From positions 186,001 to 250,000 of the IMG/VR virus record IMGVR_UViG_3300042564_002819: DNA of 64,000 bases; one strand, given 5' to 3'. The notes below the pieces were generated by a model. It saw only the letters and a list, made by a program, of their open reading frames with translations. It was not told the DNA's origin and ran no database searches. Position numbers and translations under genes: made by a program. Position 1 is the stretch's first letter. Each line of letters begins with the position of its first letter. Of the stretch, positions 1-10,815 are shown one piece after another.

Positions 1-1
1 C

Positions 2-349
2 GATCTCGGTGCTGAATTTTATAATATGGGACTAATGCTTTTTAATTCAAATAATTTTAAAAAGTACTTAAAAAATCAAACTCCAAGAGAATTTATATCT
101 AGACCGGAATTTAAAGATTTTGTTGACGGAGTTGGATTTTATAGATGGTCAACGGATCAAATGCTGTTAAACTGGTGGGTTAAAAAAGAATCCATGAATG
201 TTAAAAACTTAGATTGGCGATGGAACGGTTTGTACAAAGGTATTGATGATAAGTACTTACAAGATGCACATTTTGTACATTTCTTCTTAAAGGATCTATT
301 GCCCGACCGTGGTGAAAATGTAGACCAACTCATGAAAGCTATTCGATGA
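2..349 (+). CDS. glycosyltransferase, C-terminal part (5' truncated by window)
   Basis: Frame open from position 2; DQ..LN and WN...HF motifs of GT-A/GT8-like enzymes; in GT cluster. Confidence 0.65.
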   Translation, partial: DLGAEFYNMGLMLFNSNNFKKYLKNQTPREFISRPEFKDFVDGVGFYRWSTDQMLLNWWVKKESMNVKNLDWRWNGLYKGIDDKYLQDAHFVHFFLKDLLPDRGENVDQLMKAIR

Positions 350-1020
350 AGAATATTATCCTACAGCATTTTGACGGCGAACTGAGAGAACTGGATAAAC
401 TTTCAATCGACAATATTAGTCAATATGCTGACATGATTGGTGCAGAATATAAACTTATTAGAGGTAAACCCTTTGACGACAGTTTAACTTCTCCGTGCCA
501 AAAGGTCCATATGATTGCTGAAGAGTGGGACGAATACAGTAATGTTCTGATGTTAGACATTGACATGTTTGCTCCTATTGGAATGGATGTAAATGTTTTT
601 GAACAACCCGGTGTAGGTCTTTATGGAGATGTACAAAAAAAACTTCATAAAGAACTTGTCAAAAAATACAAGTTGTTAGGAAGCTATTCAGCACCGTACT
701 GGGGTGGTGCAATCTATAAAATGTCTAGACCCATGAGACAATCTTTAAGAAACGGCCTAAACACAGACACTTCCTGGATGTTAAATTTTAGTCAACCCTA
801 TCGGTTTGAAGACGAAGGAATTATACACGTTCTAGCATATCTAGCTGGATTACTATCCAGTGACGACATGTACCTAGAACCTAAGTGGTGTCAATGCAGT
901 TTTCTACCAAATCCCGAGCAGGCCGGTTTTATACATATTAGGACAAAGGTAACTCCGCAAGGTCCTAAAAGAGAAAAAATAGAAAATTATAACGCTTTAG
1001 TAGAAGCAGGTGTCCTATGA
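346..1020 (+). CDS. GT-A fold glycosyltransferase
   Basis: LMLDIDMF DxD motif; YADMIGAEY N-terminus shared with next gene; ATGA coupling. Confidence 0.65.
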   Translation: MKNIILQHFDGELRELDKLSIDNISQYADMIGAEYKLIRGKPFDDSLTSPCQKVHMIAEEWDEYSNVLMLDIDMFAPIGMDVNVFEQPGVGLYGDVQKKLHKELVKKYKLLGSYSAPYWGGAIYKMSRPMRQSLRNGLNTDTSWMLNFSQPYRFEDEGIIHVLAYLAGLLSSDDMYLEPKWCQCSFLPNPEQAGFIHIRTKVTPQGPKREKIENYNALVEAGVL

Positions 1021-1835
1021 AAAATTTAATCTATCAAGTTTGGGCAGGCAAATTAAGACCTGGATGTGAATATAGTGCTAAACTTGTAAAAGAATATGCC
1101 GATCGTATCGGAGCCGATTATCGTCTTGATATCGATCCTAATATTGCAAGTTCTAAATGTGACGTTCCAATGTATTTTGAGTGGCTGAATCCTCTTTTGG
1201 ATGATTCATTCCTTGAGTACGATAATGTTGCTGTACTAGACCTAGACGTATATCCTGTAGACGGGTTAACAGAAGATATTTTCCAAGTTAGCTTAGGATA
1301 TGACTGTGGTATTTGTACAGAACCTTTCCAGGGTAAGTATCGTGCTTCTACTACTATAGGCGGACATATTAATGCTCAGAATGACGATGCATGGGCAAAG
1401 TCTGTAAAGAAACTGTATGATGTAGATCTTCCGAGAGACAGCGACGGTTATCTAAAAGTTTATAATGCTGGTGTAGTAGTGTTCTCTAAAGAGGCACTTA
1501 ATATCGCTCGTCGTAGTTTTATTCCCTTTCAACAGTACATCAATGACATGCGTAAAGAAGGATTTAGACGATTCTATACAGTAGATCAAAACTATTTCCA
1601 CGTTATGATGTGTAAGTACTACAACTATATAGAAATGCACAAGGGTTGGAACAGCTATATTCATTACGTTCGTGGCCCGTTGGGTGTGAAAACTCCTATA
1701 CATGATGGAAGACCTTCTGGCGATGATGGAGAAACACGGTTGGTCCATATCCAGCTAAGTAATGCTGATTATTTCTCTGACGAAAAGCTTTATAACATCA
1801 CAAATAAGCCAATCTCTGAATGGAAGCTTGATTAA
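1017..1835 (+). CDS. GT8-like glycosyltransferase
   Basis: VLDLDVY DxD, YNAGVV, DQNYF, WN and H motifs. Confidence 0.7.
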   Translation: MKNLIYQVWAGKLRPGCEYSAKLVKEYADRIGADYRLDIDPNIASSKCDVPMYFEWLNPLLDDSFLEYDNVAVLDLDVYPVDGLTEDIFQVSLGYDCGICTEPFQGKYRASTTIGGHINAQNDDAWAKSVKKLYDVDLPRDSDGYLKVYNAGVVVFSKEALNIARRSFIPFQQYINDMRKEGFRRFYTVDQNYFHVMMCKYYNYIEMHKGWNSYIHYVRGPLGVKTPIHDGRPSGDDGETRLVHIQLSNADYFSDEKLYNITNKPISEWKLD

Positions 1836-1877
1836 AGAGTTTGATTGTTTTTGAGATTTAAATGGAGGTAAAAAAGA

Positions 1878-2456
1878 TTGATTAACGCAGAATTGGGTCA
1901 TGTAAAAAATTTAATAGAGTTCAATGAAGACATTCGTAAACAGCACGAAGAAGCTCACGGAGAAGATTATTGCCAAATCTTTGATGCTATTACCAAATAC
2001 ATGAAAGAATGCAAAACTTATATGGAACTCGGTACTCACCACGGCGGCACGGCATCTGCGGCAATGCTTACTAAACCAGATCGAGTTCTATTAGTTGATA
2101 TAGACATGTCAAGATATAATAAATTCTTAGCATCAATTGCACAAGAATGGTGCAATCAAAACAACATCGAATTGATTGTAAAAGAAGCAGATTCTACTTC
2201 CGTTGACACAACTAGTATAACTGATATGTTAGTTATTGATTCCTATCATCATCCAAAGCATATGAAAAAAGAATTAAATCTTCACGGTAGCAATGTTCGT
2301 AAGTACATTATTGCCCACGATACAAGTATTGTTAATGGCGAGCCAAATGATTCGCTTTATCAATGTATGAAACAATTTGCCGACGTAAACGGATGGGAAG
2401 TTGTGGAACGCGGCACTACTAATGTCGGTTATACTGTATTAAAGAAAATACAATAA
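1878..2456 (+). CDS. class I SAM-dependent methyltransferase (Methyltransf_24-like)
   Basis: MELGTHHGG motif I, IDSYH, IIAHDT. Confidence 0.7.
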   Translation: MINAELGHVKNLIEFNEDIRKQHEEAHGEDYCQIFDAITKYMKECKTYMELGTHHGGTASAAMLTKPDRVLLVDIDMSRYNKFLASIAQEWCNQNNIELIVKEADSTSVDTTSITDMLVIDSYHHPKHMKKELNLHGSNVRKYIIAHDTSIVNGEPNDSLYQCMKQFADVNGWEVVERGTTNVGYTVLKKIQ

Positions 2457-3193
2457 TGCTCTGGGATACACTTTTAATTGAGATAGAAGCTGAACTTAAG
2501 TCTAGAGAAGACGATTTCTTAAGAGGTCCTACTATAGCAAAAACTGTATGTCCTGTTGGTACAAAAACAGTTCCAGAATTATTAGAAACTCTTAGAATAA
2601 AAGATACAGATATATTAAGCGTAATGAAAGATACAAAATGGGGGAAACCCGTGTTGCATCCTGTATTTAAAGTTAGTCTTTCAACAGCACAAACAGGCCG
2701 TTATATCAAATTAATGAAAGACTATTTCAATATTATACCTTATACAGACTTGGATCATATCGTTGATCTCGGCGGCGGCTTCGGAAACATGTATAGGATA
2801 ATGAGCACACTAGGTTATAAGAAAAAATATCAAATAATTGATTTTCCTATAATGCACAAATTGCAAAGAAAATATTTGTCAAAAATTTGTACTGATATAT
2901 CGAACCTAGAACAAATCGATCTTGATATGGAAAAGGCCGTCCCAACAGGTAAATCTATGTTGATTGCTACGCATTCTGTAAACGAAATGCCCATGGATAC
3001 TAGAAAAAAGATAGAATCTTACTACAAGAATTATGATTATATATTCTTTAATCATAATAAAACGTTTGACGATATAGATAATATCCAGTATTTCCAAGAA
3101 TTAATGGACATGTTAAAATCTGACTATCGTATTCACGATTTTAATTGTAATATACACCAATCTCATCATTTTAAATTATTTCAAAGACTCTGA
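2456..3193 (+). CDS. putative sugar O-methyltransferase
   Basis: IVDLGGGFGN SAM motif, IIDFP...LQ.KYL, S.NEMP. Confidence 0.65.
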   Translation: MLWDTLLIEIEAELKSREDDFLRGPTIAKTVCPVGTKTVPELLETLRIKDTDILSVMKDTKWGKPVLHPVFKVSLSTAQTGRYIKLMKDYFNIIPYTDLDHIVDLGGGFGNMYRIMSTLGYKKKYQIIDFPIMHKLQRKYLSKICTDISNLEQIDLDMEKAVPTGKSMLIATHSVNEMPMDTRKKIESYYKNYDYIFFNHNKTFDDIDNIQYFQELMDMLKSDYRIHDFNCNIHQSHHFKLFQRL

Positions 3194-3194
3194 T

Positions 3195-3854
3195 ATGAAA
3201 GCATATATCATTACAATTTTTGATAATCAAGATAGTGTCAAACATGCAAATATCTGCCTACAGTCGATTAAAGATACAAACTCTGATCTTGATGCTCAAC
3301 TATTCTCAGCAATCACGCCGGATACTATGTTTAATGTAACCTGGACGTGGCCTGCACGTAAAAAACAAACGTGTAATAAAACTGGACTTATTTTAACCGC
3401 TTATAAAAATGCAGACATTAACAAAAGAATTGCCTGTGCTCAAAGTCATTATATGCTTTGGAAAAAATGTGTAGAATTAAACGAAACTATTTGTATTTTA
3501 GAGCATGATGCTTTTTTTATAAAAAAATTTAATTTAACAGATTTTTCTGGCGGTGCAATGTCAATAAACTCGCCGTTAGATGCTACATTTAAAGATCGAG
3601 AGTATGACTCTTTGTTAGAAAATAAAGAAAACGAAGTCCCGTGGGTCACTGAAATAAATATACCGCAAGGACTTCCTGGCAATAGTGCTTATATAATTAA
3701 ACCTTGGGCTGCTAAAAAAGCAATAGAATTACAAGACACCGTTGGATGGTGGCCAAATGATGCTATACTTTGTAAACAGTTATGTTCGTGGTTAACAGTT
3801 TATAAACCTTACTTTACTATATTACAGAATATCAAATCAACAACAGTGAATTAA
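3195..3854 (+). CDS. glycosyltransferase family 25
   Basis: AC..SH..LW.KC, ILEHDA, AYII.P.AA motifs. Confidence 0.8.
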   Translation: MKAYIITIFDNQDSVKHANICLQSIKDTNSDLDAQLFSAITPDTMFNVTWTWPARKKQTCNKTGLILTAYKNADINKRIACAQSHYMLWKKCVELNETICILEHDAFFIKKFNLTDFSGGAMSINSPLDATFKDREYDSLLENKENEVPWVTEINIPQGLPGNSAYIIKPWAAKKAIELQDTVGWWPNDAILCKQLCSWLTVYKPYFTILQNIKSTTVN

Positions 3855-4517
3855 ATGATAGATTTAAAAAAATATAAAGCAGATAGATCTGCAATGAATA
3901 TTACTGCGGAAGACGCATTGTGGGCCAGTAACATTCTTAATGATGATTTTATAAAAAATTGGATTGAACGTAATCCGGAAAATTATTTTGCAAGAGAAAA
4001 ATATTACCCACCTTTTGAAAAGAAAACCAATGAAAAGGTTGCAGTAATTAATTTTTTAAAATTAAAAAACTCTAGTCCAAAAACTGTGCTAGATATTAGT
4101 ACAGGTGCTGGACAGTTTATTAAACTATGTAAAGAATTAGGACACGATGTCGAAGGTACTGAAACACAGCAAAAGTTAGATACTACTGCTACAGAAATAC
4201 ACACCCACTATGGTGTAAACGTTTTTGAACTTACAATACAACACGGTAAAGAAATAAAGTTTGAAAAAAGCTACGACTATATTACATCTTTAAGAACACA
4301 ATTTAACGATCTTGGAGTTTTATGGACTAGTAATGATTGGAAAAACTTTAAAGAAAACATGTTTGATTATTTAAACCCTAACGGAACACTTTTTTTAAAA
4401 ACTAATTTAAAAATTCAAAAGCACGATGTTGGAAGAAAGCAGCAAGAAATGATAAACGCTTTCGGCCCACCTCTTCTTGGCTGGAATAGTTTTACATATT
4501 GTCTCAAAAAAGTATAA
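3855..4517 (+). CDS. SAM-dependent methyltransferase
   Basis: VLDISTGAG motif I; YD.I; LNPNG. Confidence 0.7.
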   Translation: MIDLKKYKADRSAMNITAEDALWASNILNDDFIKNWIERNPENYFAREKYYPPFEKKTNEKVAVINFLKLKNSSPKTVLDISTGAGQFIKLCKELGHDVEGTETQQKLDTTATEIHTHYGVNVFELTIQHGKEIKFEKSYDYITSLRTQFNDLGVLWTSNDWKNFKENMFDYLNPNGTLFLKTNLKIQKHDVGRKQQEMINAFGPPLLGWNSFTYCLKKV

Positions 4518-4533
4518 CCAGAAAAAAGCGGGT

Positions 4534-4541
4534 TATAAATA
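4534..4541 (+). promoter_or_regulatory. T4-type late promoter TATAAATA
   Basis: Exact T4 late consensus 5 nt upstream of ATG 4547. Confidence 0.6.
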
Positions 4542-4546
4542 GTTGC

Positions 4547-5314
4547 ATGGATAAACGAATTGTACTTATTACTGGCGGGTTCGACCCATTACACAGCGGA
4601 CACATTGCATATTTTAAAGCAGCAAAGTCTTTAGGAAATTATTTAATTGTCGGCGTTAACAGTGATGCATGGTTAACTAGAAAAAAAGGTAAACCTTTTA
4701 TGCCATGGACAGAACGAGCTGAGATTATAAAAGAGCTTGGTATGGTCGATGAAGTTATTGATTTTGATGACAACGATAACAGTGCAAATTTTGCAATATA
4801 TAAATGTTTACAAAAATATCCTAATCACAAAATTATTTTTGCAAATGGAGGGGATCGTGTTCCTGAAAACTGTCCAGAATACATTTATAAAAATACTCCG
4901 TGGGTAGAATTTGCTTTTGGTGTCGGTGGCGAAGACAAGAAAAATTCATCTAGTTGGATTTTAGAAGAATGGAAAAATCCAAAAACTTTAAGAGACTGGG
5001 GTTGGTATAGAGTACTTGACGACAAACCTGGATACAAAGTAAAAGAACTTGTTATCGAACCTGGAAAAAGTCTAAGTGATCAAAGACACTTTTTAAGATT
5101 AGAACATTGGTATGTTCTAAAAGGATCCTGTACTCTTAAAACAGAATATAAAAATATTACGCAAAAAATAGAATTAAATGAACTAACTTCCGGATATGTA
5201 ATAGGAAAAGAGGTATGGCATAAAGTTACTAATAATACAGAAAACTTTTGTCATATTTTAGAAGTACAATACGGCGAAAAATGTGTGGAGAATGATATTG
5301 AACGAAGAAATTAA
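4547..5314 (+). CDS. cytidylyltransferase-family domain fused to mannose-6-phosphate isomerase type II cupin
   Basis: TGGFDPLHSGH (HIGH-like), ANGGDR, KNSSS; C-terminal RDWG.Y, SLS.QRH..R.EHW cupin. Confidence 0.85.
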   Translation: MDKRIVLITGGFDPLHSGHIAYFKAAKSLGNYLIVGVNSDAWLTRKKGKPFMPWTERAEIIKELGMVDEVIDFDDNDNSANFAIYKCLQKYPNHKIIFANGGDRVPENCPEYIYKNTPWVEFAFGVGGEDKKNSSSWILEEWKNPKTLRDWGWYRVLDDKPGYKVKELVIEPGKSLSDQRHFLRLEHWYVLKGSCTLKTEYKNITQKIELNELTSGYVIGKEVWHKVTNNTENFCHILEVQYGEKCVENDIERRN

Positions 5315-6104
5315 ACCGTTAAAAATTTTTATAGGTTGGGATAGCAGAGAAGATATTGCATACCAAGTTGCTAGACAAAGCATCTTAGACCATGCAACTG
5401 TTCCTGTAGAAATTGTTCCTCTAAAACAAAAGCAACTTAAAAAAGAAGATTTATACTGGCGGGCAGTTGATAAACTAGCTGCAACAGAATTTACATATAC
5501 TCGATATCTAATTCCGGAACTTACTAATTTCGAAGGTTGGGCTCTCTTTATTGATTGTGACTTTTTATTTTTAGAAGATGTTGCTAAGTTATTTGAACTA
5601 GTAGATGACAAGTATGCAATAATGTGTGCTCAGCACGATTATAATCCTCCTACTGGTGTAAAGATGGATGGTAAATTGCAGACTCAATATCCTAGAAAGA
5701 ATTGGTCTAGCATGATGTTAATAAACTGCGGCCATCCAAAAAACAAAGTTTTAACAAAAGATCTTGTTAACAATCCTGCAAAAACTGGTGCTTATTTTCA
5801 TAGATTTTCTTGGCTAGATGACACTGATATTGGTTCTGTAAGTTACGAGTGGAACTGGCTTGTAAATTGGTATCAAGAACCCACTGACGGCAAACCAAAA
5901 GTATTACATTATACAGAAGGCGGCCCGTGGTTTGAAGAATATCAAGATTGCGAATACGCAGCAGAGTGGTGCAAAGTTGCTAATAGATGCTATGCATCTA
6001 TTGTTGATAACTTAACAAAAGAAATAAAGACAATCAGTAACCGACACATTGACATAGATGATATAACTTATACAAATCAAAAAAAAAATTATTTAAACAC
6101 ATAA
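5292..6104 (+). CDS. glycosyltransferase (GT-A), possibly frameshift-fused to next ORF
   Basis: IFIGWDSRE, TEFTYTR, FIDCDF, YPRKNWSS, HYTEGGPW; ends just after an A10 run. Confidence 0.8.
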   Translation: MILNEEIKPLKIFIGWDSREDIAYQVARQSILDHATVPVEIVPLKQKQLKKEDLYWRAVDKLAATEFTYTRYLIPELTNFEGWALFIDCDFLFLEDVAKLFELVDDKYAIMCAQHDYNPPTGVKMDGKLQTQYPRKNWSSMMLINCGHPKNKVLTKDLVNNPAKTGAYFHRFSWLDDTDIGSVSYEWNWLVNWYQEPTDGKPKVLHYTEGGPWFEEYQDCEYAAEWCKVANRCYASIVDNLTKEIKTISNRHIDIDDITYTNQKKNYLNT

Positions 6105-6181
6105 TACACTCTATAATAGATCCTAATGAAAAATATTATCCTTTATCGAAGGAAGAAGCACTAAAGTTATGGAATAACGAA

Positions 6182-6997
6182 ATGGGAAATAAAATTGCAG
6201 CAATCGACAGCGAAGGTGGCGTAAATTATAAATCAAAAGGCCATTTGTATGACCCGTATCTTACTAACTTTATTATAGGATCTGGTGGATATATTAGCAG
6301 TTGGTCAGAAGAAGAAAACACTGATACTTCGTTAGTTATACGAGGCCTCGGCGGCGGTAGCAGAAAAGCTATAAAACATTGCTGGAAAACAGGCCGAACA
6401 TTTTACGCTATCGACACTGGATATTTAGGAAATGTAAAGACTAAAATTTGGAATAGAGTTAGTAAAAATTCATTACAAAATTTAGGTCCTATCGTTAATA
6501 GACCAACTGATCGACTTAAACTGTTGAACTATAAATTTAATCAATTTACCCCGGGTAGAAAAATATTAATATGTCCACCTAGTGATAAAGTAATGGATCT
6601 TTGGGATCAACCATCCCCGCAACAATGGACAGAAAATGTTATAAAAGAATTAAAACAATACACAGACCGACCTATTGAAGTTCGACTTAAGCCGGATAGA
6701 ACCGAGCGTGTTAATAATAATTCTATTCAATCTGCATTAAGCGACGATGTTTACTGCTTGGTTACATATAATAGTATAGCAGCAACCGAGGCATTGTTAT
6801 TTGGAAAACCTGCAATTGCACTAGGACAAAACGCTGCACAAGTTTTGTGTAACAAAGAATTAAAAGACATAGAAAATCTAAAAATTCCAAAAAAGGATGA
6901 GATGTTAGCATTTGCTGCTCATTTAAGTTATTGTCAATTTAATCAGGCCGAATTTGCTAACGGTACAGCATGGCGTATAGTAAATGAGAGTCGTTAG
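6182..6997 (+). CDS. KpsS/KpsC-like capsule polysaccharide glycosyltransferase
   Basis: VRLKP, VTYNS.AA.EAL..GKP GT-B-type C-terminal motif. Confidence 0.55.
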   Translation: MGNKIAAIDSEGGVNYKSKGHLYDPYLTNFIIGSGGYISSWSEEENTDTSLVIRGLGGGSRKAIKHCWKTGRTFYAIDTGYLGNVKTKIWNRVSKNSLQNLGPIVNRPTDRLKLLNYKFNQFTPGRKILICPPSDKVMDLWDQPSPQQWTENVIKELKQYTDRPIEVRLKPDRTERVNNNSIQSALSDDVYCLVTYNSIAATEALLFGKPAIALGQNAAQVLCNKELKDIENLKIPKKDEMLAFAAHLSYCQFNQAEFANGTAWRIVNESR

Positions 6998-7919
6998 TTA
7001 TATTAATGTTGTACCTTTAAAAAATAAATCACAAGAGAAGTCTGATCTTTTAACAAAGTTTATTAAAGGTGTAAATGCATCAGGAGATACAGGAATTATA
7101 CATACTGGATATAATCTTGTAGATTCGGATGTTGCAATAATTCAAGGTTGGCAACACGAGAGGGGCAAAAATGCCCCTCATCTACAATTAAGACAACAGA
7201 TTATTGATACTCAAATATCTAAGAAAAAATTTGTATGTACTGCTGACAGTAATCTATTTCTTTACGCAAACAAGTCTAACGAACCTTATCATTATTTAAG
7301 ATACAGTTTAAACGGTGTTTTTCCTAATACAGGAATATATTTTGACAAAAATACTGATCCGTCGAGGTGGGATCAAATACAACGTGATACAAGTATAGCC
7401 CTACAATCTCAAAAAACAACAGGAAAAAATATTGTGCTGTTTTGTCAAAGAAACGGCGGATGGAGCATGGGATCTGAAAATGTAACCGATTGGGTTAAAA
7501 GCACTGTTTTTAAAATTAGAAAATATTCCGATAGACCCATTGTTGTTCGACCACATCCTGGAGACAAACAAGCTGCTGAATACTTTAATCCAAAAAAGAC
7601 TAGTTTAAGACATCTAAATAATGTAACTATTAGTAACTTTGATACTCCATTAGAAATAGATTTAAAGGATGCATGGTGTGTGGTTAACCATAACAGCAGT
7701 AGTATAGTTGGTCCTATAATAAAAGGATATCCAGCATTTATAACAGATCCTATCAAAAGTCAGTGTGCCGAAGTTACACACCATTCGTTTGAGTTTATAG
7801 AGAATCCTAAAGAGTTTGATAGACTATCGTGGTTACAAAGAATTTCCATGTTTCATTGGAAATTTAGCGAACTAGAAGATGGCAGTGCGTGGAAGCATAT
7901 ACGAAATTACTGCCAATAA
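6984..7919 (+). CDS. KpsS/KpsC-like glycosyltransferase
   Basis: FCQ, VRPHP, VV.HNSS...GYP motifs. Confidence 0.55.
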   Translation: MRVVSYINVVPLKNKSQEKSDLLTKFIKGVNASGDTGIIHTGYNLVDSDVAIIQGWQHERGKNAPHLQLRQQIIDTQISKKKFVCTADSNLFLYANKSNEPYHYLRYSLNGVFPNTGIYFDKNTDPSRWDQIQRDTSIALQSQKTTGKNIVLFCQRNGGWSMGSENVTDWVKSTVFKIRKYSDRPIVVRPHPGDKQAAEYFNPKKTSLRHLNNVTISNFDTPLEIDLKDAWCVVNHNSSSIVGPIIKGYPAFITDPIKSQCAEVTHHSFEFIENPKEFDRLSWLQRISMFHWKFSELEDGSAWKHIRNYCQ

Positions 7920-8743
7920 CTATTTTTATGTTGTGTGATTATATCTGTTTTTTTAGATTTTCCAAGTGACTTTCTGTCACCCTTCATATGATCCATCCAC
8001 TTACCTAGTTTACTGTTAATCAACGGATGGCCGCCACCACCTGATTTTGCACCAATCAATTTTAGTTCGGCTGTATAATCGATAACATTAGGATGTCTAA
8101 TTTTTAAAGAATTAAGAATCTTTCCAAATACAAATGAGTCATGCCATTCATCTAATTTAAAAATTCCATTTTCTGCATCTTCGTACATGCGTTCAAACTC
8201 TTGTAAAAATTCTTTACATGTTACATCGTGCAAGTTAAGTCCGTAGAAACCACATTCGGGCCATGACTGAGATTCCGAACCTCTTCCTACATAAGTAATC
8301 CAACTGGTTTTTGGCAATATTTCTAACCAATCATCATAATTCCAAGTTGAATGTATGAAGCTATCTGCATCCATCCACACAACCCAGTCGTCACCTTTTG
8401 TACATGCATCAAAAACTGCATATACTTTATTTGCAAATCTCACAGCATCCCATTTAAATTCTTTATGAAAATCTCTAGGACGACGTTCTGGCCACGGACA
8501 CTTACCATTTGCTTTTGGAACATTTTTCCACTTTTCTTTAAATTTAGATAATTTAGGAAGAACTTCTTTGGCGTTTAGTATAGTAATTTGATTTGTGTCT
8601 GGATTAATAGGAAAGCAGTCTTCTGCATACACAACTAATTTTATTTTTTTATCAACATTTTTTGAAAATGAATCAATGAATCGTTGACCATATAAATCCA
8701 TCCCGGGTTTATGAAAAGTTGTAATCACAGTTATGTTAGTCAT
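7907..8743 (-). CDS. GT-A glycosyltransferase
   Basis: RF..KVYA, WMDADS DxD, ECGF, WHDS, H.KG.RK. Confidence 0.7.
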   Translation of the reverse strand: MTNITVITTFHKPGMDLYGQRFIDSFSKNVDKKIKLVVYAEDCFPINPDTNQITILNAKEVLPKLSKFKEKWKNVPKANGKCPWPERRPRDFHKEFKWDAVRFANKVYAVFDACTKGDDWVVWMDADSFIHSTWNYDDWLEILPKTSWITYVGRGSESQSWPECGFYGLNLHDVTCKEFLQEFERMYEDAENGIFKLDEWHDSFVFGKILNSLKIRHPNVIDYTAELKLIGAKSGGGGHPLINSKLGKWMDHMKGDRKSLGKSKKTDIITQHKNSYWQ

Positions 8744-8779
8744 GAGTTGTCCTTATTAAATAGCTATAGGTATTTACAA

Positions 8780-9637
8780 ATGAAATTTAAACTATGGAGA
8801 GAATACGGTGCATTGAATTCAAAGCCAGTCTTTGATGCATTTGCCAAGGGGCTTGAAAATTTAGGCTACAAATCTGTAAATGATAACTCAGCCGATGTTG
8901 ATGTAATATGGAGTGTATTATTTCAGGGTCGCATGTTACTAAACAAAACTGTTTGGGATAATGCAAAACGAGCAGGAAGACCGGTAATTGTTTTAGAAGT
9001 AGGCGGAATATCAAGAGGAACAACGTGGAAAATTGGTCTAAACGGTATCAACAAAGGTTCGTACTTTAAACCCGAATCTGCTGACAATAGCAGAGCTGCA
9101 CAACTAGGACTAACCCTACAACCGTGGAGAATCAACGGAGAGTTCATCATTATCTGTGGTCAACATAACAAAAGTTTACAATGGCATAACATGCCGGCAA
9201 TGAGTAAGTGGGTTATGGATACCATAGACACTATTCAACAATTTTCAAAACGTACTATAATTATTAGACCACACCCTAGATGCCCGTTGCCGCATATTGA
9301 AAATCAATTTAAAAATGTTTACAATCAAACACCTATTCATATAAGCGGAACTTACGATAGCTTTAATCTAAACTTTTCGAACACGTGGGCAACTGTAAGT
9401 TGGAATTCAAATCCTGGATCTCAAAGTATAATTGCAGGTGTCCCTGCATTTGTAAGTGAAAGCAGTTTAGCTAGTCCGGTAGCAAATATAGATTTGTCAA
9501 ATATCGAAAATCCTTCAATGCCAGACAGACAACAGTGGCTTAACGAACTAGCATACACAGAATATACTATAAAAGAAATAGAAAACGGAATGCCTATAAA
9601 AAACTTGACACATATGATGCAACATGTTAAGTTTTAA
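8780..9637 (+). CDS. KpsS/KpsC-like glycosyltransferase
   Basis: ICGQ, IRPHPR, VSWNS.PG..S..AGVP; paralog of 6984..7919. Confidence 0.55.
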   Translation: MKFKLWREYGALNSKPVFDAFAKGLENLGYKSVNDNSADVDVIWSVLFQGRMLLNKTVWDNAKRAGRPVIVLEVGGISRGTTWKIGLNGINKGSYFKPESADNSRAAQLGLTLQPWRINGEFIIICGQHNKSLQWHNMPAMSKWVMDTIDTIQQFSKRTIIIRPHPRCPLPHIENQFKNVYNQTPIHISGTYDSFNLNFSNTWATVSWNSNPGSQSIIAGVPAFVSESSLASPVANIDLSNIENPSMPDRQQWLNELAYTEYTIKEIENGMPIKNLTHMMQHVKF

Positions 9638-9639
9638 AA

Positions 9640-10815
9640 ATGACCCAAACCATAGAAGATATTCTTAGCATAGTAGTGTCTGTTAGCGATGCAGTTCTGC
9701 CAACAGACAAAGGAATTCTGGCCAGCATTGACAGGCAAATCAAACGTGGATCTGCACTAACTGATCGTCAATACGAATTGGTTAGGACAAAACTACTAAC
9801 GTACAGAGATTTTTTGACTTCTGTTGGTGTCGCAGATCTAAACGAAACACTGGATAATCTAAAGTATCCTCTGCGGTCGGTGGATAGATCTAAGTCTGTT
9901 GTTATCAATAACAACCTAATCGAAGTCAGATTTCCTTTTAATAAAAAAACAATTTTGTTGCTAACCGAAGTAATCAAAAAATGTAAGCGGTTTTATCAAC
10001 ACGAAAAAGGAACAACTGTACACAAATTTAAAATTAACGAGACAACAGTTGACGAGATTGTAAGTGTGTTTATGTCGAAGAACTTTTACATAGATCCTAC
10101 AATTCTTGAAATCTACAAAAAAATCAACGAGGCCAAAATGGATAAAGAATCAATTCTTCCAGGAATCTATAATAACGAACTAAAGAATTTTAAAAAGTCG
10201 GCCCTTGACTTAATGAACCAAGAACTTGGACCTTTGACCAGCGAAAACTTAATTAAATTTTACGATCGCAGACGTCGTTACGGAATCTGCGAAATCGAGT
10301 GTTCTGCACACAGAAACACGTTAACCGAAACTATTGCATTCCGCGAAGAAACTGAAATTGCAGTTAATCCGGAAATTTATTCACTAGATTCTATAGTAGA
10401 CGCAGTGCTTAAACTTGAAAGATTTCCACTGTTGGTATTGGTTGATCCTGAAAATCCATTGCACGATGTTTCTAAAATCTATAACGCATTCAATGGAGTA
10501 GTTCCTAACGAAAAACAAACAGTATTGTTTAGAGTAGACAATACTGAAACTTATAACTTGAATAACTTTATTCATGACAACAAATTAAACAATTGGCTTG
10601 ACACAAGCACAGAAATTGTTTATATTAATAAGAATAAGCTTCCAAAATTGTTAGTTCGTGACAGTTGGAAACCTATGACCACGTTAGCATTATCAAGCTA
10701 TCGTTCTAATTCCCACGTTTCTCTGTATGTTAAGGACGTGTGTGATCTTATCATTTATCATGATAAGAGTATGAGTATTATCGGTAACAAACAAAAGTAT
10801 GGCAACTACTACTAA
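9640..10815 (+). CDS. hypothetical protein upstream of UvsW helicase
   Basis: 391-aa ORF coupled to helicase; no recognised motif. Confidence 0.6.
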   Translation: MTQTIEDILSIVVSVSDAVLPTDKGILASIDRQIKRGSALTDRQYELVRTKLLTYRDFLTSVGVADLNETLDNLKYPLRSVDRSKSVVINNNLIEVRFPFNKKTILLLTEVIKKCKRFYQHEKGTTVHKFKINETTVDEIVSVFMSKNFYIDPTILEIYKKINEAKMDKESILPGIYNNELKNFKKSALDLMNQELGPLTSENLIKFYDRRRRYGICEIECSAHRNTLTETIAFREETEIAVNPEIYSLDSIVDAVLKLERFPLLVLVDPENPLHDVSKIYNAFNGVVPNEKQTVLFRVDNTETYNLNNFIHDNKLNNWLDTSTEIVYINKNKLPKLLVRDSWKPMTTLALSSYRSNSHVSLYVKDVCDLIIYHDKSMSIIGNKQKYGNYY

